NCBI GenBank assembly: GCA_963737655.1
Contig: CAVTTN010000002.1
Span: forward strand, 4,480,001-4,544,000
Origin: an uncultured Planctomycetota bacterium
Lineage (GTDB): Bacteria > Planctomycetota > Planctomycetia > Isosphaerales > Isosphaeraceae
Direction of reading: 5' to 3'
Length of the DNA stretch: 64,000 bases
Below, one piece after another: positions 10,063 to 20,432 of the stretch (position 1 is its first letter; each line of letters begins with the position of its first letter). A program made the translations under genes and the position numbers. Under the pieces are notes generated by a model, which was not told the DNA's origin, did no database searches, and worked only from the letters and a program-made list of their open reading frames with translations.

Positions 10063-10434
10063 ATGGCCTCCAGCAGCATGGCGAGCAAGCCCCGCAAGGT
10101 GGTGCCCAAGATCCTGGCGGTGATCCACGCCGACGGGTGTACCGGTTGCGAGGCGTGCGTGGAGGTCTGCCCGGTCGAGTGCATCTACAAGGTGCCCGGC
10201 GAGGAGCATCCGAGCCTCCAGACCTGGTGCGACGTCGATCTGGACCGCTGCATCGGCTGCAAGCACTGCGCCCAGGTCTGCCCCTGGGACGCGATCGACA
10301 TGGTCTCGACCTTCGAGGCCGCCCAGCACGTGGCCGTCAAGGGCGGCCCGCCCGAATACGTCGAACGGCACTGGGACGACCTCGTGGACTCGGCCCAGAG
10401 GAACGCCCTGGCCCTGGGATCGAAGGGCAAGTAG
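10063..10434 (+). CDS. 4Fe-4S dicluster ferredoxin
   Basis: CTGCEACVEVCP and CIGCKHCAQVCP motifs. Confidence 0.9.
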   Translation: MASSSMASKPRKVVPKILAVIHADGCTGCEACVEVCPVECIYKVPGEEHPSLQTWCDVDLDRCIGCKHCAQVCPWDAIDMVSTFEAAQHVAVKGGPPEYVERHWDDLVDSAQRNALALGSKGK

Positions 10435-10495
10435 CCCGGCCGATCGCGCCGATGCCCCGCCCTCCTGGCTTCTCGCGATCGATTGGCGCACTCGC

Positions 10496-10556
10496 TCGTA
10501 GGACAGGCCTCGGCCTGCCGATCGGCCAGGACGGCAGGCCGAGGCCCGCCCTACGA
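10496..10556. repeat. GTAG-type REP doublet, family C
   Basis: TCGTAGGACAGGCCTCGGCCTGCCG…CGGCAGGCCGAGGCCCGCCCTACGA; second copy at 47241-47297. Confidence 0.85.
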
Positions 10557-10677
10557 GAAATCGACGTGTCCACGCGACCGCGTTCCGCCTACTGATCCCC
10601 GACCCGCCCTCCGTGCGCCCCGGACGCGACGGCCCGCCCCGTCGTCGCCGAGCCCTTTCCCCCTGGAGAATCCTCGA

Positions 10678-12127
10678 ATGAGTCGCCTCTCCCGCGTCTT
10701 CGGCCCCCTCGGCGTCGCCTCGGCGCTGGCCTTCGCCGGCTGCGGAGGCTCGGGCCAGGAGGCCGGCCCCCCCGCCTCCCCCGGCGGAACCTCCGAGCCG
10801 GCCGTGGTCCAGCACGACTCCAAAGGCAAGACCGGCGACGTCCCGGCCAAGGAGGTCACGCCGAACCGGTCGATCGACCCGAAGAAGGTCGTAGACGTCG
10901 TCGAGGCCGAGGTCAAGGGGGGCGAGGCCGAAAAAGGCCCGAGCCGCGTCGATCACCTCTGGCAGCTCCCCGACGTCTCGAAGGTCCAGGACGAAACGCT
11001 GGTCGTCGAGGTCCCCAAGGGCCTCCAGGCGTTGATGGTCAACATCAACGTCCCCGCCTCCAACCCCTTGACCAAGGGCAAGTTCGAGCTCGGTCGGCAG
11101 CTTTATTTCGACCCCCGCGTCTCGAAGGACGGCACGGTCTCCTGCGCCACCTGCCACAACCCGGAGCGCGGCTGGTCGGACAACATGAAGACGTCCATCG
11201 GCATCCTCGGCCAGGTCGGGGGCCGGAACGCCCCGGTGGTCACCAACACCGCCTACGGCAAGACCATGTTCTGGGACGGCCGGGCGCCGTCCCTGGAAGG
11301 CCAGGCCCAGGGGCCGATCCAGAACAAGATCGAGATGGGCGACCAGTCGTATGAACAGATCGTCGACCGCCTCCGCACCATCCCGGGCTACAAGGCACAG
11401 TTCGCCAAGGTGTTCGGCACCGACGTGACCCTCGACGGCATGTCCAAGGCCATCGCCACCTTCGAGAGGGTCGCCGCGCTCTCGGGCAACTCGCCCTATG
11501 ACCGCTACCTCGACACCGAGGACCCCAACCACAACAAGGCCCTGGACGAGAGCCAGAAGCGAGGGATGGTCCTCTTCGGCCTCCAGCTCAACGGCGACGA
11601 CGAGTACAAGCCGACGGTCCAGCTCAAGAAGGCCAACTGCACCGCCTGCCACGCCGGGTTCAACTTCACCGACGAGCAGTTCCACAACCTCGGAGTGGGC
11701 TGGGACGCCTCGGCGAACAAGTTGAAGGACGGCGGCCGGTACGAGGTCGAGCCGGTGGGGGCCAAGAACCCGGTGTCCCTCGGGGCGTTCAAGACGCCGA
11801 CCTGCCGGGACATCGAGAAGAGCGCCCCGTTCATGCACGACGGCAGCGAGCCGACCCTGGAAGCCGTGATCGACTACTACGACAAGGGCGGCAACCCGAA
11901 CCCGACGCTCGACCGCGACATCAAGCCGTTGAAGCTCACGCCCGACGAGAAGAAAGACCTCGTGGCGTTCCTGAAGGCGCTCGACGGGCGAGCCCTCGAA
12001 GCTCGCCGCCCTGCCCACGCTCCCCCCCGGCTCCGACGGCAAGAGCCCGGACCCGAAGAACGCCCTGGAGCCGCCCTCGGCCCCGAAGAAGGCCGATCTG
12101 GGGGACGTGCATCGGATGGTCCGGTAA
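10678..12127 (+). CDS. Di-heme cytochrome c peroxidase/MauG-family lipoprotein (apparent +1 frameshift near 11986-11988)
   Basis: LAFAGC lipobox, LGRQLYFDPRVS, CATCH, FWDGRAPSLEGQ, CTACH, FKTPTCR, APFMHDG; removing one G of GACGGGCGAG restores a C-terminus ending at TAA 12127. Confidence 0.9.
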
Positions 12128-12243
12128 CTGTCGCCGGGAAAATCGGGTCGATCGCGGGGGTGGGGTTTTCCCACCCCCGTCTCGTTTTCCGGTAGGATGG
12201 CCGAGAGAAGAGAGTGGTGGGCGGCCTGTGACCGCCGCTGGTC

Positions 12244-12290
12244 GGTGCATTTCATGCACCCTACTCGACGGTGCATTGCATGCACCCTAC
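12244..12290 (-). repeat. Two tandem GTAG-type REP units, family F (GTAGGGTGCATG[A/C]AATGCACC)
   Basis: Copies at 12244-12264 and 12270-12290, each GTAG plus a hairpin on the minus strand. Confidence 0.8.
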
Positions 12291-12300
12291 GGGATTGGTC

Positions 12301-15204
12301 ATGCGTCGCCTCCCCCCGCTGATCTGCCTGGCCGTCCTGGTCCTCGTGTGTTTCGGAGGCGTCCTGTTCCGCGGGGAGCAGTTCGGCTATCGGGACGCCG
12401 GGCATTATTACTATCCGCTGTATCAGCGCGTCCAGCAGGTCTGGGAATCGGGCCGATTGCCGCTCTGGGACGCCCGCGAAAACGCCGGGATGCCCCTGCT
12501 GGGCAACCCCACGGCGGCCGTCCTGTACCCGGGGAAGCTGATCTATGCCGTGATGCCCTATCCCTGGGCGGCGCGGATGTATGTGATCGCCCATACCTTG
12601 CTCGCCGCGCTCGGGATGTACCTCATGATGAGGAGCATGGGCGTCAGCGAGACCGGGTCGGCGATCGGCGGGCTCTCCTACGCCTTCGGCGCGCCGATCC
12701 TGTTCCAGTATTGCAACGTGATCTATCTCGTCGGCGCGGCCTGGGCGCCAATCGGCTTGATGGCGGCCGATCGGTGGCTGAGGCTGGGTCGTCGCGGGGC
12801 GATTGGGGGGCTGGCGGTCGTCCTGGCGATGGAGGTCCTGGGAGGAGACCCCGAGACGGCCTATTTGACGGGCCTCTGCGCCGGAGGATACGCGTTGGGC
12901 CTGGCCCGGTCGCGGCGGACGCGGAGAACTTCGGCCCGACCCTGGCCGAGGTGGGTCGTGCCGGCCCTCCTGGTGGTCGGGGTCGTGGCGTGGGTGGGCC
13001 TCACGCTGGGCTCGGCGCTGGTGTTTCCTCAATACCGGGCGAAGGCGTCGGTTGCGCCCCCATTGCCGTGGTCTCCGTGGGTGCCCCGGGTGCTCCTGGT
13101 CGTGTGGGCCGTGCTCTTCCTCGCCGCCCGCCGGTGGGCCGGGGCCCACGAATTCCGCTGGAGGTTTGACGGCCTGCTCGTCGCGGCCGTCCTGGCCGGG
13201 GGCCTGAGCGCCGCCGAGCTGGTCCCGGCCTCGGAGTACACGAGCCAGACCACCCGGGCCGCCGCCGACGGCATCCACGACATCTACCCGTTCAGCCTGG
13301 AGCCGTTCCGCGTCCTGGAATGCCTCTGGCCGGGCGCGTTCGGCTCCAACCGGGTCGCGCATCGGTCGTGGCTGTCGTGGGTCCTGCCCCGGCATACGGT
13401 GTCGGTCTGGGTGCCGTCGCTTTATGTCGGGGGGCTCACCTTGGTCCTCGGGGGCCTCGCGTTCTCGATCCGCAAGGGCGGGGCGCCTCGGGTCTGGCTC
13501 TCGGCGATCGTCGGGTTCAGCCTGGTGGGGAGCTTCGGCCAGTTCGCCAGCCCGCTGTACGCGGCCCGATGCGTCCGCGGGGCGGAGAAGGTCTTCGGCC
13601 CCCGGGACGAGCTGGAAGTCCCCCCGATCCGCCGAGATGGCCTCCTCCGCGACGGCGACGGCAGCCCGTATGGCCTGATGGCGATCGGCTTGCCCGGCTT
13701 CGCGTCGTTCCGCTATCCGAGCAAGCTGTTCGCGTTCACCTGCCTGGGCCTCTGCGGGCTGGCGGGGATGGGGTTCGACCTCTCGGGCGGGAGCGGATCG
13801 CGGAGGGCCTCCCGGGCCTCGTGGCTCCTGGCCGGGATCAGCCTGGTCGCCCTGGCCGCGCTCTCTCTCGGCAAGGCCGAGTTCGTGGCCTTCCTCGGGA
13901 AGAGGGCCGACCCCCGGGGGATCTCGGTCTACGGCCCGTTCCAGCCCGAAGGGGCGTGGGCCGAGACGAGGAACGCGCTGGCCCACGGCGTCGCGCTCTT
14001 CGTCGTCGGCGGGATCGTCTTGCGGGGGTTGGCGAAGGGGGTTCGGCACTCGGGAGCGGCCGTCCTCGCGGTGGTCACGGCCGACCTGCTCCTGGCCAAT
14101 TCCGGGCTGGTCCTGACCGTCCCCCAGACCGTCTTCGAGACCACGCCCGACCTCCTCCGGCGGATCGAGGAGGCCGAGAAGGCCGACCCCTCCCCCGGCC
14201 CGTTCCGCATCCACCGGATGGGCTACTGGGACAACTTCGGCTTCACCCGCCGAGGCTCCCCCGACCGCAACCGGGAGATGACCGTCTGGCAGCGAGACAC
14301 CCTCCAGCCCAAGTACGGGATGCCCCTGGGGGTCTCGTACACCCAGTCCGAGGGCGTGGGCGAGCTTTACCATTACTGGTGGTTCTTCTCGCCGTTCTAC
14401 ACCAGCAGCAATCTCGTGTACTACCCCCGTCGCGGGTTCGACCTCTGGAACACCCGCTATTTCATCGTCCCGTCGCTCAACGCCAACGACTCGAAGAGGG
14501 CCATCTCCTCGTTCCGGATCGACAGCACGCCGGTCTACCCCACCCCCGAGATCAGCCGAGACCCGAAGTTCGTCGATCGCTGGAACACGACCGAGGATTG
14601 GCGGCTCCTGAGGAACGATCGCGCCTATCCCCGGGCCTGGATCGTCCATTCGGCCCGGATCGTGGCGCCGGTCCCGAGCCTCCGGCGGTCCACGGCCCTG
14701 GAGAACCTGATGCTCGAGCTCGTCTATCAGGCCGATTCCCTCTGGAAGATGAAGAGCCGGCCGATGGTCTACGACCCCCGTCAAGTCGCCTGGGTCGAGA
14801 CCGACGATGCCTCCGCGCTCCTGAAGACCCTCTCCAACCGCCCGAGCGACGCGTCCGAGACGGCGAAGGTCGTGGTCCTGGAGGATGAGCGGGTCGAGAT
14901 CGACGTGAAGCTGGATAGCCCCGGGATCGTCGTCCTCTCGGACATCTATTTCCCCGGCTGGGAGATGACGATCGACCGCAAGCCGGCGCCGATCCTCAAG
15001 ACCAACCACATGATGAGGGGCGCGCTGGTGCCGTCCGGCCCGCATCGCCTGGTCTATCGCTACCGGCCGAAATCCGTGGTCTCCGGGTTCGCGCTGTCCG
15101 GGATCGGCCTGATCGGGCTGATCGCGACGGCGATCTGGGCCCGGAGGGGGCGTCCATCGCCCGAAGGGCCTCGCGACCCACTGCTCCGGGGAGTTTCGCC
15201 ATGA
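12301..15204 (+). CDS. YfhO-family polytopic membrane protein (GT-C-like)
   Basis: RDAGHYYYPLY, GRLPLWD…GMPLLGNP…LYP, FRYPSK, AYPRAW, VLSDIYFPGW, GPHRLVYRYRP. Confidence 0.85.
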   Translation: MRRLPPLICLAVLVLVCFGGVLFRGEQFGYRDAGHYYYPLYQRVQQVWESGRLPLWDARENAGMPLLGNPTAAVLYPGKLIYAVMPYPWAARMYVIAHTLLAALGMYLMMRSMGVSETGSAIGGLSYAFGAPILFQYCNVIYLVGAAWAPIGLMAADRWLRLGRRGAIGGLAVVLAMEVLGGDPETAYLTGLCAGGYALGLARSRRTRRTSARPWPRWVVPALLVVGVVAWVGLTLGSALVFPQYRAKASVAPPLPWSPWVPRVLLVVWAVLFLAARRWAGAHEFRWRFDGLLVAAVLAGGLSAAELVPASEYTSQTTRAAADGIHDIYPFSLEPFRVLECLWPGAFGSNRVAHRSWLSWVLPRHTVSVWVPSLYVGGLTLVLGGLAFSIRKGGAPRVWLSAIVGFSLVGSFGQFASPLYAARCVRGAEKVFGPRDELEVPPIRRDGLLRDGDGSPYGLMAIGLPGFASFRYPSKLFAFTCLGLCGLAGMGFDLSGGSGSRRASRASWLLAGISLVALAALSLGKAEFVAFLGKRADPRGISVYGPFQPEGAWAETRNALAHGVALFVVGGIVLRGLAKGVRHSGAAVLAVVTADLLLANSGLVLTVPQTVFETTPDLLRRIEEAEKADPSPGPFRIHRMGYWDNFGFTRRGSPDRNREMTVWQRDTLQPKYGMPLGVSYTQSEGVGELYHYWWFFSPFYTSSNLVYYPRRGFDLWNTRYFIVPSLNANDSKRAISSFRIDSTPVYPTPEISRDPKFVDRWNTTEDWRLLRNDRAYPRAWIVHSARIVAPVPSLRRSTALENLMLELVYQADSLWKMKSRPMVYDPRQVAWVETDDASALLKTLSNRPSDASETAKVVVLEDERVEIDVKLDSPGIVVLSDIYFPGWEMTIDRKPAPILKTNHMMRGALVPSGPHRLVYRYRPKSVVSGFALSGIGLIGLIATAIWARRGRPSPEGPRDPLLRGVSP

Positions 15205-15884
15205 TCGCCCGATTCGCCCTTGTCCTGGCCCTCGCCCTGGGCTCCTCCGCGATGGCCCAGACACCCAAACAACCCAGGGTCCAGCCCGGCCCGATGGAGC
15301 CGGACCTCGCCGTGGTCCTCGAAACCCTGTACGGGCTGAAGACGTTCGACGACCTGAAAAACCCGGTCGAGACCGCCGTGGAGGCCACTCCGGGCCTCTT
15401 CCGCAAGGCCGGGCCGGGGCCGGTCACGTTCCGGCCGGTCGTCGCCCTGGGCCTCGAAGTGCCGATCCGCGGCGGGTTCTATCCTCAGGGAGACGACGCG
15501 AAGCTCCAGGAGCTCTGGTCCTACAAGTTCAAGAACACCACCAAGGACATCGAAACGAAAACGAACCTCCCGCCCCCGCTGAGCGAAGGATCGAAGGCGG
15601 ACTTCGACCCGGGCGAGGGGGCGATCTTCGGCCTCTGGATCGGCAACGACCAGTTCCAGGACCGGGTCTATTCCGAACCGGCCTTGGTGAAGCTCCGCAG
15701 CCCGCGACTGGCGAAGCAACCGTACAAGGCGATGATCTATCCGTTCCGCGACAAGAGCACCGGCAAGCTCGTGCCGAACAGCTATCTGATCGGCTGGGAA
15801 TACTCGACGAACGACGACTTCCAGGACGTCATGACGCGGATTGACAACGTGGAGCTGGTGGCGGAAAAGACTGCGGGGAAGTGA
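15201..15884 (+). CDS. Secreted hypothetical protein (DUF4114-like C-terminus)
   Basis: Signal peptide; YLIGWE…DDFQDV motif; start overlaps the previous stop (ATGA). Confidence 0.65.
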   Translation: MIARFALVLALALGSSAMAQTPKQPRVQPGPMEPDLAVVLETLYGLKTFDDLKNPVETAVEATPGLFRKAGPGPVTFRPVVALGLEVPIRGGFYPQGDDAKLQELWSYKFKNTTKDIETKTNLPPPLSEGSKADFDPGEGAIFGLWIGNDQFQDRVYSEPALVKLRSPRLAKQPYKAMIYPFRDKSTGKLVPNSYLIGWEYSTNDDFQDVMTRIDNVELVAEKTAGK

Positions 15885-16028
15885 CGATTGGGGGGGATTT
15901 TGCGGGTCCCGCCCGACCCTTGCATTCAGGCATGCGCCACCCGCTTTCCTCGGGCGGGAAACTCGGGTATGGTGATCGTCGAGGGCGTCTCGCGGAGGGG
16001 ACGGATCTTGCCCGAGGGGACGGCGACG

Positions 16029-17780
16029 ATGGGACCGTGGGTTCTGGTCTGCTCGGGTTGCGGAGCGAGGATCCGGACGGCCCGCCCCGGGGCCTGGGCC
16101 GGCCGCGCCTGCCCGACCTGCTCGGCCCCCCTGTCCCGGGCGAGGATCGCCGAGGCCCCGATCGCCTCGACCCTGCCCACCGGCTGGCTCGGCCTGGCCG
16201 TGGCGGTCTTGGGGACGGTCCTCGGCTCGGTCTTCCTCCTGACCTCGCCCGAGGACACCCGGCCGACGATCGCCCCGGGCGTGGGGGCGTCGCGGGCGGT
16301 CCTCCGGGACGGCCTCCGGTTCGAGCCCCAGCCGGTGATGGCCCGGGTCGAGCCGAAGACCCCGGCGGCGGTGATCGCCCCGGTCGAGAGGGCCTCGCCT
16401 CGACCTCCCGAGCGGCCCTCGCCGCCTCCCCCCCATCGCGACGACCCGCTGCCCCCCCCTCCCGCCTCCGTCCCGCTCGCCTCGAACCCGCCGCCGCCAC
16501 CGCCCCGACCGGCCGAAGCGGTCGTCCTGGGCCCGAAGCGCGTCCGCGTGGGGGACGAGCACGGCCGCCCGCTGGTCGCCCGGGTTTATGGAGGCGACGG
16601 CTCGAAGGTCGTGATGCTCCCCGACGGCTCGCTCGGCTGGCCCAACCGGATGGTCTTCACCGACGAGCCGTTCCGCCCGTTCGACGCCGACGAGCTGGAA
16701 GACCGCCTCCTCCGCGGCGAGTTCCGCGGCTTCCGCGTCCTGAGGACCCCGCATTACCTGATCGTCCACCACACCGAATCCTTCGCGTTCGCCCGGGATA
16801 GCGGGACGCTGCTGGAAAGCCTCTACGCCGGCCTCCTCAAGGCGTTCAAGGAACGAGGGCTGAACGTCCACGAGGCCGAATTCCCCCTGGTCGCCGTGAT
16901 CTATCGGACCGAGAGGGAATTCCGAGAGCGCCGGCAGGTCGATCCGGACATCCAGGCGTACTACGAGACGATGAGCAACCGGATCGTCTTCTACCAGACC
17001 AAGGAGCACGACCTCGAGCCGCCGGAGGTCGCCGCGAGGCGGAGGCCGCAGACCGTCGCCCACGAAGGGACGCATCAGATCCTCAACAACATCGGCGTCC
17101 AGCCCCGGCTGGCGAGGTGGCCGCTCTGGCTGGTCGAAGGGCTGGCCGAATACTGCGCCCCGACCGTCACCAAGAAGGGCAACTGGGCCGGGTTCAAGCA
17201 CGTGAACCCGTTCCACATGGCCACCCTCGACGACCTCAAGGACACGCTGGCCCTCCAGGTCCGCAACCCGAGATCGACGAGGAACCGGATCGGCCGGAAC
17301 CCGGACCGCTCGATGGTCGAGTACCTGGTGACCCGAGAGCACCTCTCGCCCACCGATTACGCCCTGGCCTGGGCCCTGACCCACTTCCTCGCCAGCCGCA
17401 AGTACGACGAGTTCGTGGCTTATCTCAAGGACATGAGCGCCATGCCCCCGCTCGTGGACCAGACCCCCGAGGAACGCAAGGCCGCCTTCCAGGATCGGTT
17501 CGGCGCGGACTTCCCGGCGCTGGACCGCCAGGTCCACAAGCACCTTTCGGGCCTGAAGTACGACCCTCCGGCCCACTACGCGGTGATCTTCGAGAAGCCG
17601 ATCGGCCGAGGAGGGCTGGTCCGCCGGGGGACGCTCGTCAGCCAGTCTCCCCTGGTGATCCGCCAGTGGCTCGACGAGATGGACGACGAGGGCGGAGGCG
17701 CCTCGGCCTGGGAGATCTGGCCGTTCCCCAGCCGCTCGGCGGCGTGGAAGGCCGCCGAGCAATGGCTCCAGAGCCGATGA
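16029..17780 (+). CDS. DUF1570 domain protein (zincin-like HExxH) with N-terminal CxxC…CxxC and TM
   Basis: TVAHEGTHQILNNIG, WPLWLVEGLAEY, DYALAWALTHFL. Confidence 0.8.
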   Translation: MGPWVLVCSGCGARIRTARPGAWAGRACPTCSAPLSRARIAEAPIASTLPTGWLGLAVAVLGTVLGSVFLLTSPEDTRPTIAPGVGASRAVLRDGLRFEPQPVMARVEPKTPAAVIAPVERASPRPPERPSPPPPHRDDPLPPPPASVPLASNPPPPPPRPAEAVVLGPKRVRVGDEHGRPLVARVYGGDGSKVVMLPDGSLGWPNRMVFTDEPFRPFDADELEDRLLRGEFRGFRVLRTPHYLIVHHTESFAFARDSGTLLESLYAGLLKAFKERGLNVHEAEFPLVAVIYRTEREFRERRQVDPDIQAYYETMSNRIVFYQTKEHDLEPPEVAARRRPQTVAHEGTHQILNNIGVQPRLARWPLWLVEGLAEYCAPTVTKKGNWAGFKHVNPFHMATLDDLKDTLALQVRNPRSTRNRIGRNPDRSMVEYLVTREHLSPTDYALAWALTHFLASRKYDEFVAYLKDMSAMPPLVDQTPEERKAAFQDRFGADFPALDRQVHKHLSGLKYDPPAHYAVIFEKPIGRGGLVRRGTLVSQSPLVIRQWLDEMDDEGGGASAWEIWPFPSRSAAWKAAEQWLQSR

Positions 17781-17816
17781 CGCCGGGTCCGGGAGCGTGC
17801 TTTCGATCGGAATCCG

Positions 17817-17850
17817 GGGTGGCATGCTCACGTCTTCGTGAGCATGTCTT
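17817..17850 (+). repeat. REP family A half-element (left)
   Basis: GGGTGGCATGCTCACGTCTTCGTGAGCATGTCTT. Confidence 0.85.
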
Positions 17851-17964
17851 TGTTCGAAATCGACTGCGCTTTGCCTTTATCGACTGCGCTTTGCCTTTTT
17901 AGCTGCCCTGAAATTCAACCTCGCCCCTCTGCGTTGTGATTCACTGGGCCGCGTCGCGTTTCGT

Positions 17965-18306
17965 TCATTTGGACTCGGGCGGTTCGGGCGCGACGGGGAG
18001 CCAGGGGTGGTGGGCGGCTCGATCATATTTGCGTGCCTTGTCCGCCATCCAGCTTGCCTGACGACGCATCAAACTGGTGTCCTCGACCGCCGCCCCTTCC
18101 CGGATTCCGAGCGCGTCCATCGCGGATTGGCGACCATCGGCTTGCCGACCCGTCCACTTCGCAAGGTCGGCCCAGCGATATGCCTCCGCCGCTCGGTCGC
18201 GCGATACCTGCAACAAGCGCATCGTCTCGAGCGCGACCCAAAGGCCAATGGCCACGACAGCCACGACGACCATCATCCACCGCACGGTGAACCGGAGTCG
18301 GGGCAT
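17965..18306 (-). CDS. Small membrane-anchored hypothetical protein
   Basis: MPRLRFTVRWMMVVVAVVAIGLW N-terminus and KYDRAAHHPWLPVAPEPP C-terminus resemble a planctomycete-type small-protein family. Confidence 0.7.
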   Translation of the reverse strand: MPRLRFTVRWMMVVVAVVAIGLWVALETMRLLQVSRDRAAEAYRWADLAKWTGRQADGRQSAMDALGIREGAAVEDTSLMRRQASWMADKARKYDRAAHHPWLPVAPEPPESK

Positions 18307-18540
18307 GGCGTCGGTCCTCGCGGCTGACCTGAACACGATCGCGCCTTCACTACACACGCCAACCAGGGGGACGCCGATTCGGCCACGGGATCGGCGGGAA
18401 TTCAGACCGGTCGTCTCACTCGGGATTTGCCGCCCGATCCGCCCACGTTAAAGTGAACGAAAGTGGTCTGCCTTTTGATTGGGGTGGCAGTCACCACAAC
18501 GCGTGCCTTTATTTAATAAAAGAGCAAAGCCGATCGGGTG

Positions 18541-18575
18541 GAAGACATGCTCACGAAGACGTGAGCATGCCACCC
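18541..18575 (-). repeat. REP family A half-element (right)
   Basis: GAAGACATGCTCACGAAGACGTGAGCATGCCACCC, inverted relative to 17817-17850. Confidence 0.85.
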
Positions 18576-18595
18576 GGGGAGGGATAGGGCCGACC

Positions 18596-18862
18596 TCAGA
18601 CGGCCGCGGCGTCGCGGATCGACTCGGCCGCGATGCTGGCGATCTGGAGGACGGTCTGAGGGCCTCGGGCCAGGCCCGGGCTCTCCAGGACCAGCACGCC
18701 GTAGGGCGACTTCGCCTCCGACCGATGCTCCGGGTCGCTGTCGGCCCGCGAGAGCCGGCCCTGGAAGATCGACCCGCCGTAGTCCACGCGGATCACCGGG
18801 CAGCGCGTCCCCTGCTTCCGGCGGATCGCGACGAGCTTCTCGTGGCATTCGTCGAACGTCAT
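18596..18862 (-). CDS. Small hypothetical protein (88 aa)
   Basis: GGAGGA RBS upstream of ATG; MTFDECHEKLVAIRRKQGTRCPVIRVDYGG…; typical codon usage. Confidence 0.7.
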   Translation of the reverse strand: MTFDECHEKLVAIRRKQGTRCPVIRVDYGGSIFQGRLSRADSDPEHRSEAKSPYGVLVLESPGLARGPQTVLQIASIAAESIRDAAAV

Positions 18863-18999
18863 CGTATTCCTCCGTGAGTGATGACCACCGCATGGGCAAT
18901 CCCCGGCGATCATCGCGGTTCGGGCCGGATCGGTCAAGAGGGGCGGTCCCGCTCTCAGGGCCGTTTCCTTCTCCGAGAGGTATCGGCCGGAAACCTTTT

Positions 19000-19073
19000 G
19001 GGTGGCACGGGTTCCGGCTTCGGGACCCGTGAGGGCGAGGCCACGGGTCCCGAAGCCGGATCCCGTGCCACCC
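19000..19073. repeat. REP-like palindromic doublet, family D (GGGTGGCACGGGTTCCGGCTTCGGGACCCGTG…)
   Basis: Inverted halves flanked by TTTT/AAAA; shares the GGGTGGCA terminus with family A; a degenerate half lies near 50162-50192. Confidence 0.8.
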
Positions 19074-19124
19074 AAAAACCTTCGGAGGAATCTTCCACCT
19101 AGAAGGAAACGGCCCTGTCCGCCC

Positions 19125-20276
19125 TCAAACGATCTCCTCGCGAGACACCACCCTCCGCTCGTCCACGGCCGTTCGCACCAGGAGGCCGGTGACGACCGCC
19201 TCCTTGGCCTCGGCCAGGGAGATCGGCGGGGGCGTGGGCTCGGGGCTTCGGATCGCGGCGACGAACGCTTCGAGGGCGAGCCGGGTCTCGGGCAGGTTGC
19301 CCGGGTGGATCGTCTTCCTCGGGCGCGAGCGGTCGCGGGGCGTGGCGGTCCCGGAGCCGAAGTCGAACCCTCCGGCCGAGGCCACGACTCGGAGCGAGAC
19401 CCCGGTGAAGGCGTCGTCGGCCGGGTCGATCCAGGAGTGGGTCATCGACGCCACAAATCCCGAATCCCACTGAAGATGCGCCGAGTACCAGTCGGTCACG
19501 TCGCGATCCGGCTGGATCGATCGGAAGACATCCCGGCGGCCGGTCCCGATCGCCCTCGAAGGCGGCCCCCCGGCGATCCCGTGGAGGACGTCCCACACGT
19601 GGACCGCCTGCTCGACCATCCAGTCTCCGGAGCGATCCCGACGGGCCAGCCACCCGCCGTGGCCGGAGACCGGGCCGTTGCTGGACGACCAGACGGCCCT
19701 CGCCTCGATCGGCTCGCCCAGGTCGCCCCGGCGGAGCAGCTCGACGCCGTCGCGATACCGGGGGTTGGATCGCCTCTGGTGCCCCACGTGGACGGCCAGG
19801 TCGGGGCGGCGGGCCGCCTCGGCGATCAGGGCGTCACACTGGCCGACCGTCAGGGCCAGGGGTTTCTCGGCGTAGAGGTGCTTGCCCGCCCGGAGGGCCT
19901 CGCGATCGAGCTCGGCGTGGAGGTCGCAGGGCGTCGCGACGAGGACGGCCTCCACGTCGCCCCGTTCGAAGACCCGGAGGGCCGAATCGACGGCCTCGGG
20001 CCGGATGCCGGCGGCCTTCTCGGCGATCCCCTGCCCTCGAATCCGGTGCTTGAGCTCGGGGTCGGCCAGGGCGACGACCTCGACGCCCGGCAGCTCCAGG
20101 GCCGCCCGCAGGAGGGCCGTCCCGCGTCCTCCCAGGCCCACCAGCCCCAGCCTCACCGAGCGGTTCGAGGCCGCCTCCGCCCCCGGTCCATTGGCCAGGG
20201 CGATCCCGGCGGCGGCCGAGTAGCCGAGGAAGCCTCGGCGGTTCATGCGGATCGGGGGCATCGGCGGGAGATCCAT
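19125..20276 (-). CDS. Tat-exported Gfo/Idh/MocA oxidoreductase
   Basis: NRRGFLG Tat motif, GLVGLGGRG, VATPCDLH, HLYAEKPLA, VGHQRR, EQAVHVWD. Confidence 0.9.
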   Translation of the reverse strand: MDLPPMPPIRMNRRGFLGYSAAAGIALANGPGAEAASNRSVRLGLVGLGGRGTALLRAALELPGVEVVALADPELKHRIRGQGIAEKAAGIRPEAVDSALRVFERGDVEAVLVATPCDLHAELDREALRAGKHLYAEKPLALTVGQCDALIAEAARRPDLAVHVGHQRRSNPRYRDGVELLRRGDLGEPIEARAVWSSSNGPVSGHGGWLARRDRSGDWMVEQAVHVWDVLHGIAGGPPSRAIGTGRRDVFRSIQPDRDVTDWYSAHLQWDSGFVASMTHSWIDPADDAFTGVSLRVVASAGGFDFGSGTATPRDRSRPRKTIHPGNLPETRLALEAFVAAIRSPEPTPPPISLAEAKEAVVTGLLVRTAVDERRVVSREEIV

Positions 20277-20432
20277 GGGGGCGCGCGGTCCGTTCCGAAG
20301 GTCAGTGTATCGCGGACGGTCCCTCCGGGACAAGCGAGGACGCGCGAAGACGCCCTTCATGATACAATGGCCCGTCCCCGGGACGGGGGTTCGGTTCGGC
20401 GAGGGCGGCGAGAGAGAGGCCGGGGGGGCCGG

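Noticed and set aside
10018..15264. Very long antisense ORFs (e.g. 10018..15264, 32010..34679, 56803..60351, 47453..50071)
   Set aside because: Shadow frames of real genes on the opposite strand in high-GC DNA; Arg/Gly/Pro-rich with no motifs.
17859..17898. Short tandem duplication ATCGACTGCGCTTTGCCTTT x2
   Set aside because: Only two copies with no further structure; likely a local slippage duplication.
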